A stretch of DNA of 64,000 nucleotides from Corallochytrium limacisporum Hawaii (GCA_002811645.1 PDIP01000088.1:62001-126000); one strand, 5' to 3'; positions 12,601 through 23,375 are shown, counted from the first letter of the stretch. Notes: generated by a model not told the origin, from the letters alone. Numbers and translations are program-made.

Positions 12601-12940
12601 ATGCCAAAACATGGGAACAAGGCGCGACTTCCAAAGCTTCCGCCGGTAGAGCTACTATCACCCTAATGATGCACGACGAGTCAACTTGGCTCCAGGCCAC
12701 CCAAGAGATCCTTTCTTTTTCTCATGGCTACTCTTGTTGTTGTGGCGTTGTTTGTCATGTCGTGCACCCAACATTGAAAACGCCCGAGAATGATGTGTAC
12801 GGGTTTGTAAAAAGAACCCGAACTTTAATGGGTGTGCTTACTGTGTGCATGATGAACGCGATTGTGATGATGATCACTTGAACTGTCCACAATTGTGTAG
12901 GTACAGCGCGCGTACATCGCTGCCTCTGACCTTGTACTCG
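6650..12940 (-). pseudogene. Decayed four-repeat CNBD channel (CNGK-like) or tandem array of four channel genes
   Basis: Repeat I (12940-11600): S1 W..II..V.TP, IVALPAEAL (S3), LLH..WLY (S5), LWWS, SP*IEY, IRNYVRS 12097-12077, RKFSFSQD, TQRATIAMGS. Repeat II (11330-10450): FTIEGYG 11235-11215, ALF*RFFVLIQ, NFVFFLVSAPRF 10719-10684. Repeat III (10300-8780): IVDLLFLV..DIVVT, LLAHSHPCI, QKY, QMP..HSWS, GDVAIVGEGT 9057-9028. Repeat IV (8220-6650): SPLKFFH*FII, TTPWVL, SIPV, ILWNRLFFL, KKYI, GLGD, LGAIVF, VYSVG..QEGNDMGTE, LFLTK. Confidence 0.66.
6801..7004. other. Assembly gap (N run) flanked by G-rich tracts
   Basis: N run seen directly. Confidence 0.99.
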
Positions 12941-13074
12941 CAACGTGTCGGTGTAACACCCTGGCCGACCATACTCTCCCGGCGGGGGAAAGGTGGCGGT
13001 GTCGTGTACAGTGGCCCTTGCCGCGGGAAGGCAAGAGTGAGCAGTGGGCCCACTACTGAAACAAGGCGAGGGGC

Positions 13075-13470
13075 CGAACCCTTTTTTTTTTCTCGCCCTT
13101 TTTCCTTGGTGTATTTTTTACCGGCTCTGTTTTGTGTTTTAGCCCTTGAGGACTGCCTGACTGGTCACGGCTTTTCCTTTGGCTTTGCCCTCTCTCTCTC
13201 TCTTCCTCTCTCTCTCTCTCTCTTCCTCTCTTTCGCTCTCTTCTTCGCCGGGACTCGAACGCTCTCTCTCTCGTTCAGCCGTTTCGGTTTTTTTTTAAAT
13301 TCTTCTCTTTTGAATATTTTTTCTTCCCTTTTTTCTCTCTCATTTCTTCTATTCACTCTGTCCCCCCCCTTCGACGCCAGCGGTGCCGACCGGGCCGGGC
13401 GGAACGCGGGAGGTCCCCCAGGGACCCGCGGCCCCCGGTACAGGGGGGAGGGGGAAAAGGGGGGGAGAAC
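13075..13470 (+). promoter_or_regulatory. Low-complexity island upstream of ALDH: poly-T/(CT)n followed by C/G runs; putative promoter/5'UTR
   Basis: (CT)n ~13189-13270, T runs, CCCCCGG..GGGGGG ~13432-13464. Pyrimidine-rich on the sense strand of the downstream gene, as at other loci. Function is inferred. Confidence 0.4.
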
Positions 13471-13804
13471 GCAGGGTTTGAGTTCTGGGACACTTGGATG
13501 TGTCGTGTACGTGTCGAACACAGGACCACAGTCATAGTCACATGCCTTCGAATAAGGTTAAGGTTCCAGTTGGTGCATAGAACCAGGGAGTGTGATGTGT
13601 ATCTCTGAGAGACACATGTCTGGATGGAATGAATGGAAGTGTTTACGTTTTGTCCGGATGCCCGCGCCGTGGAAATCGACTGCCAAGGTACTTAAAAGTG
13701 ATCAGAAGGCTCGGTATCCGAACGTTCCATGCAGTCCACTCCCGAATCACCTACTGCGGATACAAAAAGAACGTAGTTCACACGAAGCCACAAACACAGA
13801 CATC

Positions 13805-15337
13805 ATGGTCGCCGGAAACCCCAACAAGCCGACCACCCAGATCTACGACCTGGAGTACACTCCACTGCACAAGATCGAAGGTATGGTAAAAAAGGTCCAC
13901 ACATACTACCGCACTGGTAAGTCCCACGATATTGAATGGAGGAAGGAACAGCTTTGCAATATTGTTCGTATGGTTAAGGAGAACCAACATAAGATCGTCG
14001 ATGCCGTGCAGGCCGACATGTGGAACAAAGCGGAATACGAGATCCTCCTTGGCGAAACCTTGCAAGTCATTGCCAATGCAAGCTTTGCTCTGGACCACAT
14101 TGACGCCTGGGTGAAACCAGAGAAACGGGAAGGTGAAGTGGGCAACATCGGAGAAGGAGTATACATGCAGCCTCAACCGAAGGGAGTTTTTTGCGTCATT
14201 GGTGCATGGAATTACCCCCTGTCTTTGATCTTGAACCCGGCAATCGATGCCATCACGGCGGGCAACATGATCGTCTTCAAGCCGTCTGAGGTTTCTGCCC
14301 ACGTCAGCGCTCTCTTCGAACGTCTCCTGCCCGAGTACCTCGACCCTTACGCCTTCGCCGTGGTGCAGGGCGCTGTGGAAGAAACCACTGAATTACTCAA
14401 GCACCGTTTCGATCACATTGTCTACACAGGCAGTAGTGCCGTGGGCAAGATCATCTACGCAAAGGCAGCTCAGTTCCTGACTCCTGTTACCCTTGAACTC
14501 GGGGGCAAGAGCCCTGTGATCGTTGCTGAAGATGCTGACATTCCCACTGCGGCCAATCGCATTGCATGGGGAAAACTGGTGAACGGAGGACAGACCTGCA
14601 TCGCTCCCGACTACGTGCTGTGCCCAAAGAGTATTCAGTCACAACTGGTCACCGAGCTCAAGCGCGCCGTCACCGACTTCTATGGGGAGAACCCTCTCGA
14701 AAGCCCTGATTATTGCCGTATCGTCAATGAACGCCAGTGGCGGCGCCTGGACAGTCTGCTAAGCCGATGCCCCAACGCTCCGGCCTTTGGAGGTGAACGG
14801 GACTTGAGCGCTAGGTACCTTGCACCTACTGTCTTCGCAGATGTGACCCGGGACCACCCTCTGATGGAGGATGAATTGTTTGGGCCCATCCTGCCTGTAG
14901 TTCCTGTAGCGGACATTGAAGAAGCTATGGACTTTGTCAATGCTGGCGAGAAGCCCCTGGCACTGTATGCCTTCAGCGAAAAGGACGAGACAATCTGGCA
15001 CATTGCTAACAACACGACTTCTGGTGGATTCGTCGGTCACGGCACCTTGGTGCACGCAACGACCCCCTCCCTGCCCTTTGGCGGTATTGGAAACTCCGGA
15101 ATTGGCAGCTATCACGGCAAGAACGGGTTTGACGAGTTCAGTCACCGGCGGGCAGTGCTTATTCGCAACCCAGGTCTGGAATTTGTGAACACTGGACTCA
15201 TTTATGCTCCGTATAACATGGAGAACGCAGACGTGCTGCCTCTGCTTTTCCGTGACCACGAGACTGGTACAATGAAGACCCTAGGTTCTATGGCCTACCA
15301 TGGCGCCAGGGCAGCAGGAAAGTCTATGGGATTCTAA
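13805..15337 (+). CDS. Aldehyde dehydrogenase family 3 (fatty aldehyde dehydrogenase-like)
   Basis: Motifs IGAWNYP, KPSE, YTGS, TLELGGKSP, GQTCIAPDY, EDELFGP, LPFGGIGNSGIGSYHG. Start placed at ATG 13805 (MVAGNP); the upstream in-frame extension to 13592 looks non-homologous. Confidence 0.93.
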   Translation: MVAGNPNKPTTQIYDLEYTPLHKIEGMVKKVHTYYRTGKSHDIEWRKEQLCNIVRMVKENQHKIVDAVQADMWNKAEYEILLGETLQVIANASFALDHIDAWVKPEKREGEVGNIGEGVYMQPQPKGVFCVIGAWNYPLSLILNPAIDAITAGNMIVFKPSEVSAHVSALFERLLPEYLDPYAFAVVQGAVEETTELLKHRFDHIVYTGSSAVGKIIYAKAAQFLTPVTLELGGKSPVIVAEDADIPTAANRIAWGKLVNGGQTCIAPDYVLCPKSIQSQLVTELKRAVTDFYGENPLESPDYCRIVNERQWRRLDSLLSRCPNAPAFGGERDLSARYLAPTVFADVTRDHPLMEDELFGPILPVVPVADIEEAMDFVNAGEKPLALYAFSEKDETIWHIANNTTSGGFVGHGTLVHATTPSLPFGGIGNSGIGSYHGKNGFDEFSHRRAVLIRNPGLEFVNTGLIYAPYNMENADVLPLLFRDHETGTMKTLGSMAYHGARAAGKSMGF

Positions 15338-15611
15338 GTTTAAGGATGCAAGATTGGAGACGAATTTCTAGCCCAATTAGAGCTTCCATCATTGTTCACA
15401 CAACCCCGGTATCATATTCATCTAAGATTCACAACGTCACATAACAGAGGACGTTAAACTGACAAATACAATTTATCAATTCTAAATCATATTACTAAGT
15501 TCCCTAATGATGTTGCTCCTCATCATTGAGATAATCATGAAATGCACTTTATCACACCATGTACGCGAGTTGGGTTCTTCTGCAAGCGATTCTCTTTGGG
15601 CAACGCGATCA

Positions 15612-18600
15612 TTATTTCTTGGTCTCCTTGCTCTTGCCGCCAGAGCCATTATCGTTTTCTTTAAGTTCTTCTTCCTGCTGCTGCACCGCCCACATCTGCG
15701 CATAGAGTCCCTTTCGCCCCAAGAGGTCGGTGTGCGTGCCGCTCTCGGCCACGACGCCCTTACTCAAAACCAGGATGCAATCCACGTCCTTGACCGTAGC
15801 CAACCGATGCGCAACAATGATCGTTGTGCGATTTCTGCTGAGTTTCCGAATTGAAGACTGAATGGCTTGCTCTGTCTGGCTATCCAGGCTGCTAGTCGCC
15901 TCGTCCAGGAGCAGAATGTCAGGATCTTTGATGAAGGTGCGCGCTAGAGCGATGCGTTGCCGTTCTCCACCACTGAGCTTCAGTCCACGCTCTCCAACGA
16001 TTGAATCGTAGCCGCGCGGGAAGGTGAGGATGCGGTCATGCATCTCTGCCAGTGCGGCAGCATCCTCGACCTCTGCGTCAGTTGCACTGCGCCGGCCATA
16101 GCGAATGTTCTCCCGCAGTGTGTCATTGAAGAGAACGGTGTCCTGGGGCACGTAGCCTACCGTACGCCGAACCGAAGTAAGGGTGTAATCACGGACATCA
16201 ATGCCATTGATCTTCACCTCACCGCGAACAACGTCATAGAAACGGAAGACTAGACGCAGAATGGTTGTCTTGCCTTCACCGCTAGTGCCCACGATGGCAA
16301 AAGTCTTACCCGCTGCGATACGGAAGGAAATGCCGCGCAACACTTCGCTGCCGTCCGGGTAGCCGAAGCGGACATTGTCGAAGACGACCTCGCAGCCACG
16401 GGGCTGCAAGTGCCCTGGGGAATTACCGCGCATCCGGCTCAGTCCGCGAGAAACAGACCCGTGCATCGGCTGAGGATGCAAAACCATTGCGCCCGGTTGG
16501 TCATCAATGTCACTCTGTAGGTCCAAAAGGTCAATCAGGGATTCCATATCTATAAAATCCTGTTGAATGGTGCGGTAGTAGGATCCGAACCAGTTGAGGG
16601 GTTGGTAGAGCTGCCCTAGGTATGCGACCAGCAACACAAAGTCACCGACCGTGTGCTCTCCCTGTGCAACATCATACAACATGACAAAGAGACTGACGCC
16701 CATGCCAAACGTGATTAGGAATCCTTGTCCGACATTGAGCAGCGCACCAGCCATCTGAGTGTGATAATAGAGGCGTTGGTAGTTTGCCATCGCCATGTTA
16801 ACGCGCTCGACCTCATACTCCTCACCCTGGTACAGCTTGACCGTCTCGTGGTTCAGAAGACCGTCCAGGGTTACGGCAGCGGCATCCTGGTCTGCGACAT
16901 TGCGTCTCCGGCGAATTGTGGTTCGCCATTCTACGATCTGCACAGTCCAGATAACATACGCAACCATGGTAACATAGATGATGCTCGAGTAGAGCGCGTC
17001 AAACATACTGGCGAAAAACACCACCGCAATCACCATGTCCAGCAAGGTGGGGATGATGTTGAAGAACGCGGCGTCCAGTAGAGAGGTCAAGGATTCAGTG
17101 CCCCGGTCAACTAGCTTCAGCAGCTCACCTGTGCGGCGGCTATTGTGCCACTGCACACTGAGCTCATGCAGGTGGCGTGTGACCGTCACCTGCAAGCGCC
17201 GCTCAGCGTTCAGTTCCACGGGACACCAGAGCAAGTTACGTGCATTCTCGACAATGCCAATGCCTCCGACTCCGCCACCGTGGGCAAAGCGCAGGAGCAA
17301 GTAAATCAGAAGGAGCGTGGAGGGCAGATTCTGTTCCGTTTGGACGGGATCCTCACCAGCACTGCCTGGGGATGGCGACGCTGCTGTCCCTCCCATAGTT
17401 CTGTTGACAGTGTTGGCGACAGCTATGAGCAGCGCTGACGACGACGATCCACTTGACGCATTGCTGTCATCTATTGCACCCGCTGCTGCGGTCAACCAGT
17501 TTACAATGTTACGGTACAGAAGAGGCACCATCACGTTCAATACCCGGCCGAGGATGATCATGCATACCGATCCAAAAATGCACAATTGCAATCGCACGCT
17601 ATCCCTGGGAAATCCAAAGGGAAGGATTTCACTCCAGAAGAGCATGAAAGTCGATTCAGCGCTGCCGAGGAACTGGCTAACGTCCGAAACGATCGACCCA
17701 CCAACATCCCCGACATTCAAGCGCGAAGTGGACCGCAGTCGTCCGAGCGTGAGCTTGGCTGGGGCGGTTGTGACAGTTGCATCCGCCGTGTCCTGCTCAG
17801 GGGCACTCACTGTTCGCTCTCTCTCTGTCTCTTGCCGCAACGTGGCATTGCGCTCGCCCATTGAACCGTAGTCCACGGAGACCCGGTGGTGGCCTCTTGT
17901 ACCCGTACCTTCCATGTCGATAATATTGTCACTGATACCCACCGTCCGTTCCTTGTAGGATGCCAATAGGGCGTCCTCTTCGGTTGCTGACGCATTGCTC
18001 TGGCTTCGTGATAGGCCTCCTATGTCGCTATAATCGTCGTCATCGTTCACCCCCAGCAAGCCTTGGTATTCACAAAAGTGGCGGTGGCGACTGCCGCCCG
18101 ACGAAGTCCCGCCTCTGTTCACGTTCGCTCCGTTGGCGTTGCCCATCCATGCGTAAAACCCTTGCACGCGCGCCAGGTGTACTGAAACCGAAACCAGCAG
18201 CGCTGCCATGGCCATGCAGCAGACCATCGCCAGGCCACTCAAGGCCAGCGCCAGTGCCTCGTTTCGGCCGGGCACGCGAATTTCGGGGGCGCCCGAACGC
18301 GGAAAGAGCTTCGACCAAATGCCATACGCCTGACAAGTTGCAGTCCCCAAAGTAAACGCCATGGAAACCACCCATAGAAAGTTCGGTTGCACAACCATAT
18401 ACTCTTCATACTCGTCCCGCTGATCGTCTTTGTTTTTCTTCTTGGGCTTAGCTGTGGCTTTCCCCTTGTTCTTGTTCTTCTTCTTGTCGTCTGCGCTGTA
18501 GGTCAGGCTCTGCATCGCCTTGCGGCGTTTGATGCGCGCTGCACGGTTGGCGCGTCCACTGACCCGGGGAGCGCACTCTACGGACAGTCCGACCGTCATT

Positions 18601-19115
18601 AAGAAGAGTGTGAGTGCGGTAAGGGCAGCTGCCAGAATAACCGGCACCTTGGTCCAGGCAAGAGGAATGTGAAACCCTCCATGGTGGCCGCTGTGCTGAT
18701 CTCCCGAGGGATTCTGATGATCACCATCATTGGCCGGATACTGCGGTTTCAGGTGCCCATTCATAGCCGCTGCAAGAAATATTGACGACGACGCCCCAAT
18801 GAAACCGAGCCAAGACATGGCTGTGATCTGGTCACCCGTTGTAGTCATACGGTAGCTCCACTGAGACGGTAGGGCCAGCGGTATGCTTACCGACTTTAAC
18901 CACTTTTCCATTGTAGGAGGGTTGTCCCGCAGGTTCTTGGTAGTGTATGTGTAAGATACATGGCTACCTGGCCGCACATGGCCATAGATTATGGCACTCA
19001 CTGCAACAACTACTGCTACCGATGCCGCTGCAATCGTAACATAGTCAAAGACGGTATGCTTGAAGACCGAAGCCTGGCTCGGATCGTCCGAGAAGACTTC
19101 TCCAACATCAGCCAT
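15612..19115 (-). CDS. ABC half-transporter, ABCB6/HMT1 (heavy-metal tolerance) family, with long N-terminal membrane extension
   Basis: HLHELSVQWH..RRTGE, DRGT, LLNHETVK, QLYQPLNWFGSYYRTIQ, Walker A GTSGEGKTT, LSGGERQR, LLLDEATS, AHRL. Confidence 0.92.
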   Translation of the reverse strand: MADVGEVFSDDPSQASVFKHTVFDYVTIAAASVAVVVAVSAIIYGHVRPGSHVSYTYTTKNLRDNPPTMEKWLKSVSIPLALPSQWSYRMTTTGDQITAMSWLGFIGASSSIFLAAAMNGHLKPQYPANDGDHQNPSGDQHSGHHGGFHIPLAWTKVPVILAAALTALTLFLMTVGLSVECAPRVSGRANRAARIKRRKAMQSLTYSADDKKKNKNKGKATAKPKKKNKDDQRDEYEEYMVVQPNFLWVVSMAFTLGTATCQAYGIWSKLFPRSGAPEIRVPGRNEALALALSGLAMVCCMAMAALLVSVSVHLARVQGFYAWMGNANGANVNRGGTSSGGSRHRHFCEYQGLLGVNDDDDYSDIGGLSRSQSNASATEEDALLASYKERTVGISDNIIDMEGTGTRGHHRVSVDYGSMGERNATLRQETERERTVSAPEQDTADATVTTAPAKLTLGRLRSTSRLNVGDVGGSIVSDVSQFLGSAESTFMLFWSEILPFGFPRDSVRLQLCIFGSVCMIILGRVLNVMVPLLYRNIVNWLTAAAGAIDDSNASSGSSSSALLIAVANTVNRTMGGTAASPSPGSAGEDPVQTEQNLPSTLLLIYLLLRFAHGGGVGGIGIVENARNLLWCPVELNAERRLQVTVTRHLHELSVQWHNSRRTGELLKLVDRGTESLTSLLDAAFFNIIPTLLDMVIAVVFFASMFDALYSSIIYVTMVAYVIWTVQIVEWRTTIRRRRNVADQDAAAVTLDGLLNHETVKLYQGEEYEVERVNMAMANYQRLYYHTQMAGALLNVGQGFLITFGMGVSLFVMLYDVAQGEHTVGDFVLLVAYLGQLYQPLNWFGSYYRTIQQDFIDMESLIDLLDLQSDIDDQPGAMVLHPQPMHGSVSRGLSRMRGNSPGHLQPRGCEVVFDNVRFGYPDGSEVLRGISFRIAAGKTFAIVGTSGEGKTTILRLVFRFYDVVRGEVKINGIDVRDYTLTSVRRTVGYVPQDTVLFNDTLRENIRYGRRSATDAEVEDAAALAEMHDRILTFPRGYDSIVGERGLKLSGGERQRIALARTFIKDPDILLLDEATSSLDSQTEQAIQSSIRKLSRNRTTIIVAHRLATVKDVDCILVLSKGVVAESGTHTDLLGRKGLYAQMWAVQQQEEELKENDNGSGGKSKETKK

Positions 19116-19169
19116 TCTTACCGATGACTGTGTCTAAAATACAACTAACTGTATGTTTTATATCAAAGT

Positions 19170-19900
19170 ATTCATGACATTGTGGTGCGAACTGAAATCC
19201 ATACAGGTAGATGACTTGGTGCTATAAAACCTCCGTACCTCCTGATAGACTTCCGTTCTGTCAAGCACCACTCCTGATACCGGTGTATATGTCTGATGTA
19301 CCCGAACTTTCTCCACGTTAACAAGAAACCTGAATGGCGGCGAAAAGCGGAGGTAGAAACGACAGGAGAGAGCAGCAAGTCGTGGCCGCAGGTGACGCAG
19401 ATCTCGTTTAGCCCGCTAGGGCGCGGTTGGTCCCGTGAGGACTAGGGCCGTAGGTGCAATCAATACGCCCAGCGGACCCTGCCCCGAATTCGGTCATACC
19501 GGAGAGGGTGGGAGCTTGTGCCACTCTCTGCGCAGGGAACTGAACGTACGGCGGCGCCAACGCAGAAAGAAATTAATGAACTTAAAACAAGCCACTTAGA
19601 AACTTTGTTGCAGTGCGGTAAGTGTCCATTGTCCACGTCCCAGCTCCCAACCCCGGGGGGAGAGAAGGGGGGGCAGGGGGGGGGGTTCCCCAGCTGGTCT
19701 CCCAGTTCAGATCCCTACCAGCTTCAGGAAGCTGATGGCTGCGTCTGCGTCTCGCCTTTGTTTATTTAGACGCGCCGTCCCGTCGGGACTTGAGGCCGGT
19801 TTTGGGAATATCAGCCCCCTATCATCTTTTTGGTACTGAATGAACCGGCAGGTATTCCTACGCGGCGTTATAGTGAATGAACGGGGCAAGCTGCGTTCCA
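19170..19900 (+). pseudogene. Possible decayed CNBD channel unit
   Basis: DIVVRTEIHTG 19176-19208 and YLLIDFRSV 19236-19262 in the same frame (S2, S3); INELK..HLETLLQC (C-linker; ORF 19518-19769); GFGNISP 19798-19818. Confidence 0.4.
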
Positions 19901-20318
19901 GTAGTGAATGCACCGGTGAGACCCGCACGAAGCGGGCTCAGCGATACTGAATGTACCGAAAGGGAGGCGAAGGATTGAGTCTCAACGGGGTGCCGGGGCC
20001 GTGACAAGGAAATCGTGCGGTGGCTTGGGGACGAGAGGGGGAAAGGGGTGCGAGACGGGCTGACGCAGATCGTGGACAGTCGAGATTCTGCATGACATCT
20101 CATTCTTCATCTCTCGTTCACTTGTTCACCATAATGTATGAGATTGAGCATAGATATACATTTAATTTGTCAGTTGCGCTGCAGGCTCGGCCAAATATCC
20201 TGCACGTTGGTATTTGACCGGGATCTGTTGGGCGGGCGACTCACTCCGTGCTCAGCCTGATCACGAAGCGATCAGCATTGTAAAAAGTCAGGATTCACGT
20301 CTGTACTGATCTAAAAAT

Positions 20319-23300
20319 ATGACCAAGAAGCATAACCGGACAAAAAAGCGATCTAAGCGTCTCCTGCCACAGATCCTCGACAATCATGGCCGATTATCGG
20401 ACACTTCAAGAACGAAACCCACTTTCACATCTTGGCGCTACAGGAGCACCAGACTGCGTCAGAAGTCGCCACGGAGAGCAATCGTCTTCCCTGTAGACGA
20501 AAACAGCTGTAACAACACCTCTCAAAGACATTGTATTCGACTAGAAGATGCTGAAGGAGGTAATGTACCTCCCACAGTGACTCCGTGGAGATCTCAAATG
20601 AGCCAGGATGGGTCAGGGAGACACGCCGAATCTGTTCATATCGATGACGATGAGGACAATGTAGATGACGCAATTCCTGAGGAGGTTCATCACCAAGTAT
20701 GTGATCTAGGAGCGGGTGGTAAAATGCTAGATTCGCCAAGATCTGAAGTGGAACCAGGGCGTAGAGACCAACCCAACCTAAACCTCGCTCACAATCTGCG
20801 TACAGGTGGAAAACTGGGTGGTCATCTCCTCGATGACTTGATCTTGTACACCCACGACGACGCTGAAGTCACGGGAGCTCAACATAACAGTTTTTACTCT
20901 CCAGCAAAGACTGTAGACTCCGTGCAAGATCTTTCTGCAGATCGTGAGGTTCATTCTGATGCTATTGTGGGTCAGCAACTGATAGATGCTATTGGCAATA
21001 TGTCTACCCCGATGATCAGTGTGGACTGCTTACCTGGTTCAGTGGTGGCCTCCAGCAAAGGAAACCAGCCAGTATTGGTTGCTGATGCCGATGCTCATAC
21101 ATTGGCGCTTGCTGATGCTCCTGACTCATCTGATATTGCCACCCAGACACCCTCCCGCAATTTCATCTTATCTTTTGGTGCCGGTGGCGGGTCCAGTGAC
21201 TGTAAACGAGTGGCCAGAGAGCTTAACAATGAATTCTGTTCCGATTCGGAGGACGAAGAGGAAGATATGGCCTTTCCAATATTATCTACTAGAAGTGGAC
21301 TAGGTGGTGATAGCGAGGGCCATACTGACCATGGAACATTCTTGGACCTAAACTTCGCGACTGTACGGATCCCCGTCTCCGAACTCACACAGCACCTAGA
21401 AGGACCTTGGATAGAGTACCGCCATCTGTTTGAAGTAAATTCTTCTCCCGACGCAAAATCTAGGCATATGAATCCTGGTAAACGCTCAGGTGTTGACAAC
21501 ACAGTGATAGGAGATAGGTCTCATCTTACCACAGAACAGCTTGGGTCGTCGCCGGAACCGAAGAAGACCTCGACACCGGCAAAGGAGCTGCAGGCGCTCC
21601 TGGAAGATCGGGAGGCACTGGAGAACAGAGGCGACGTGCCACCTTCCAGGGGAGGCTACCCCCAGCGCTGTGCCAACGTGAATTGCAGGGACTCTGGCAA
21701 AGGTGAAGATGGCCTTCCCGTCCTACAGATGCGTGTTGGTATGGTCTATCTGGTTGCCAACAAAGGCTTCACCAGGGCCAACGATATTCCCATGACCTAC
21801 TGGGAGCGCTCAGATACTCTTTCGGCTCAAGAGTTTTCCAAGCTCATCCAGACTCGCCTGACCCGCCAATGGCACCATGAGATAGAACAAAATCTACAAG
21901 TCATTACTGCAAGTCGAAAAGTCAACGAAACTAAAACAACAACGGATGCGGGCAAACACTTCCCGAAAACCGGCAGAGCCAACCTCCAAGCAAACCTGGA
22001 TAACGTGCAAAGTTTAATGGAACTGATCCGGCCAGGTCGCGCGGGGCAAGGCAATACGACTGATCGCTACCAAGACTTTCGCCGACGAGCCATCGAGCAA
22101 GCTGGTCTATTGAACGAGGGACTGCCCAAGCAAATCCTGGACCCGCGTCAATTTGTCTGGGACACGACGCGTTCTGAGGCTGAGGTTGAGAAGGAGAGTG
22201 ACGCGATCCTGCGTCAAGTAACACGGGGCATGTTTTCCACTCTCCGAAAGCATGCCCGGTCTGCGCTAGCTATGGACGCAGTTGAAGACTTCGGGGGCAA
22301 TCCACAGGCCAAGATTTGTGAGCCCTGTGTGGATCACTACTTGCAAACATTCCGTGTCCGCTCCACGGTTTGCTGCCTCTGCAACAAGCCGCTGGTGCTG
22401 ACCCAATCATTCAGTACCACAGTACAAGAAATTGATGAATTGATGGCAGATCTTCCAGATGTGCTGAGGCCAAAATCGGAAGAGGATCATTTGATGGGTC
22501 CCAGTATGATCCAGAGGTTCTTTTCAAACTGCAATGTTTTGCTCTACGGTATGCCTGACTCTCCACACAACTTCTCTGTTGTATTGTGCGGTCAGATCGG
22601 ATGTGCAGAGGCGTGTCATGCCTGGTGCTATTATGTTGCGCAATTCAAGGACAAGACAGAGAGCGCAGTAATGCGAATGGCCTCCAGGACGGCTGCATCA
22701 GCGCCACAGTTGAGATCGCCGTCGGGGACATCTTCTTCCGCAGAGGCACAGGTGCCTCGGCAGACGCGGTCTACCCAAGCCACGAGTCAAACACAGAGCA
22801 CGCCCTTCACGCCCTACTCATCCAGCACCTCTCCCGCGGCACCTGCTCTGAATGACAGCAGTCCTGCCATGGAAGTACGCTTCAAAGAGAATCTACGAAT
22901 CGCCCTGCCCACTTTTGAGTGTGCGTACCACCACGGTCTGAGAGTAGCGCAGGACATGCAGTATAGATATATGGACATCCGGGCCAAGCAGCGACACGGC
23001 CAGAGATCGTTTCTCAAGTTCAAGCAAAACCTACAAAGTTCGGACTACAGCCCGCACCGGCGTATGTATATCAGTCGGTCTAATGCATACGAAGCGTGGC
23101 CTGCATGCCGCACCTACCTCCAGCTGGATGACGGAGGAGATCTGCGGCAGGGGGTAGATCTGGATAAGATCCACACACATTCCCTGCATCGTCCGTGGAA
23201 GAGTCTCAAGTTCCAGGGACTGCAACGACCTGATCAGGTTTTGAAAGTCATCTACCGTGCACTGGAGACCATGACGGGCCAAAAGGGACTCACCACGACA

Positions 23301-23375
23301 TGGCTCCAGAACCGGGACAACCGCAAACATCAGATACAACTGCAAGAGCGGAAACGAAAGGCATCGCAAGATTGA
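20319..23375 (+). CDS. Large protein with a dispersed ADD/PHD-like zinc-finger arrangement; function unknown
   Basis: 1018-aa ORF. Cys/His pairs CANVNC, ICEPC..HY, CCLC, LCGQIGC...HAWC, FECAYH. Start codon uncertain. Confidence 0.75.
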   Translation: MTKKHNRTKKRSKRLLPQILDNHGRLSDTSRTKPTFTSWRYRSTRLRQKSPRRAIVFPVDENSCNNTSQRHCIRLEDAEGGNVPPTVTPWRSQMSQDGSGRHAESVHIDDDEDNVDDAIPEEVHHQVCDLGAGGKMLDSPRSEVEPGRRDQPNLNLAHNLRTGGKLGGHLLDDLILYTHDDAEVTGAQHNSFYSPAKTVDSVQDLSADREVHSDAIVGQQLIDAIGNMSTPMISVDCLPGSVVASSKGNQPVLVADADAHTLALADAPDSSDIATQTPSRNFILSFGAGGGSSDCKRVARELNNEFCSDSEDEEEDMAFPILSTRSGLGGDSEGHTDHGTFLDLNFATVRIPVSELTQHLEGPWIEYRHLFEVNSSPDAKSRHMNPGKRSGVDNTVIGDRSHLTTEQLGSSPEPKKTSTPAKELQALLEDREALENRGDVPPSRGGYPQRCANVNCRDSGKGEDGLPVLQMRVGMVYLVANKGFTRANDIPMTYWERSDTLSAQEFSKLIQTRLTRQWHHEIEQNLQVITASRKVNETKTTTDAGKHFPKTGRANLQANLDNVQSLMELIRPGRAGQGNTTDRYQDFRRRAIEQAGLLNEGLPKQILDPRQFVWDTTRSEAEVEKESDAILRQVTRGMFSTLRKHARSALAMDAVEDFGGNPQAKICEPCVDHYLQTFRVRSTVCCLCNKPLVLTQSFSTTVQEIDELMADLPDVLRPKSEEDHLMGPSMIQRFFSNCNVLLYGMPDSPHNFSVVLCGQIGCAEACHAWCYYVAQFKDKTESAVMRMASRTAASAPQLRSPSGTSSSAEAQVPRQTRSTQATSQTQSTPFTPYSSSTSPAAPALNDSSPAMEVRFKENLRIALPTFECAYHHGLRVAQDMQYRYMDIRAKQRHGQRSFLKFKQNLQSSDYSPHRRMYISRSNAYEAWPACRTYLQLDDGGDLRQGVDLDKIHTHSLHRPWKSLKFQGLQRPDQVLKVIYRALETMTGQKGLTTTWLQNRDNRKHQIQLQERKRKASQD

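Noticed and set aside
12723-12900. Plus-strand signal-peptide-like ORF followed by a Cys-rich frame
   Set aside because: It stops after 17 codons, and the region is better explained as antisense of channel S1.
6650-12940. Idea that the fossils are cryptogenes repaired by RNA editing or splicing
   Set aside because: Lesions include many substitutions in core motifs and large deletions with no consistent pattern; neutral decay is simpler.
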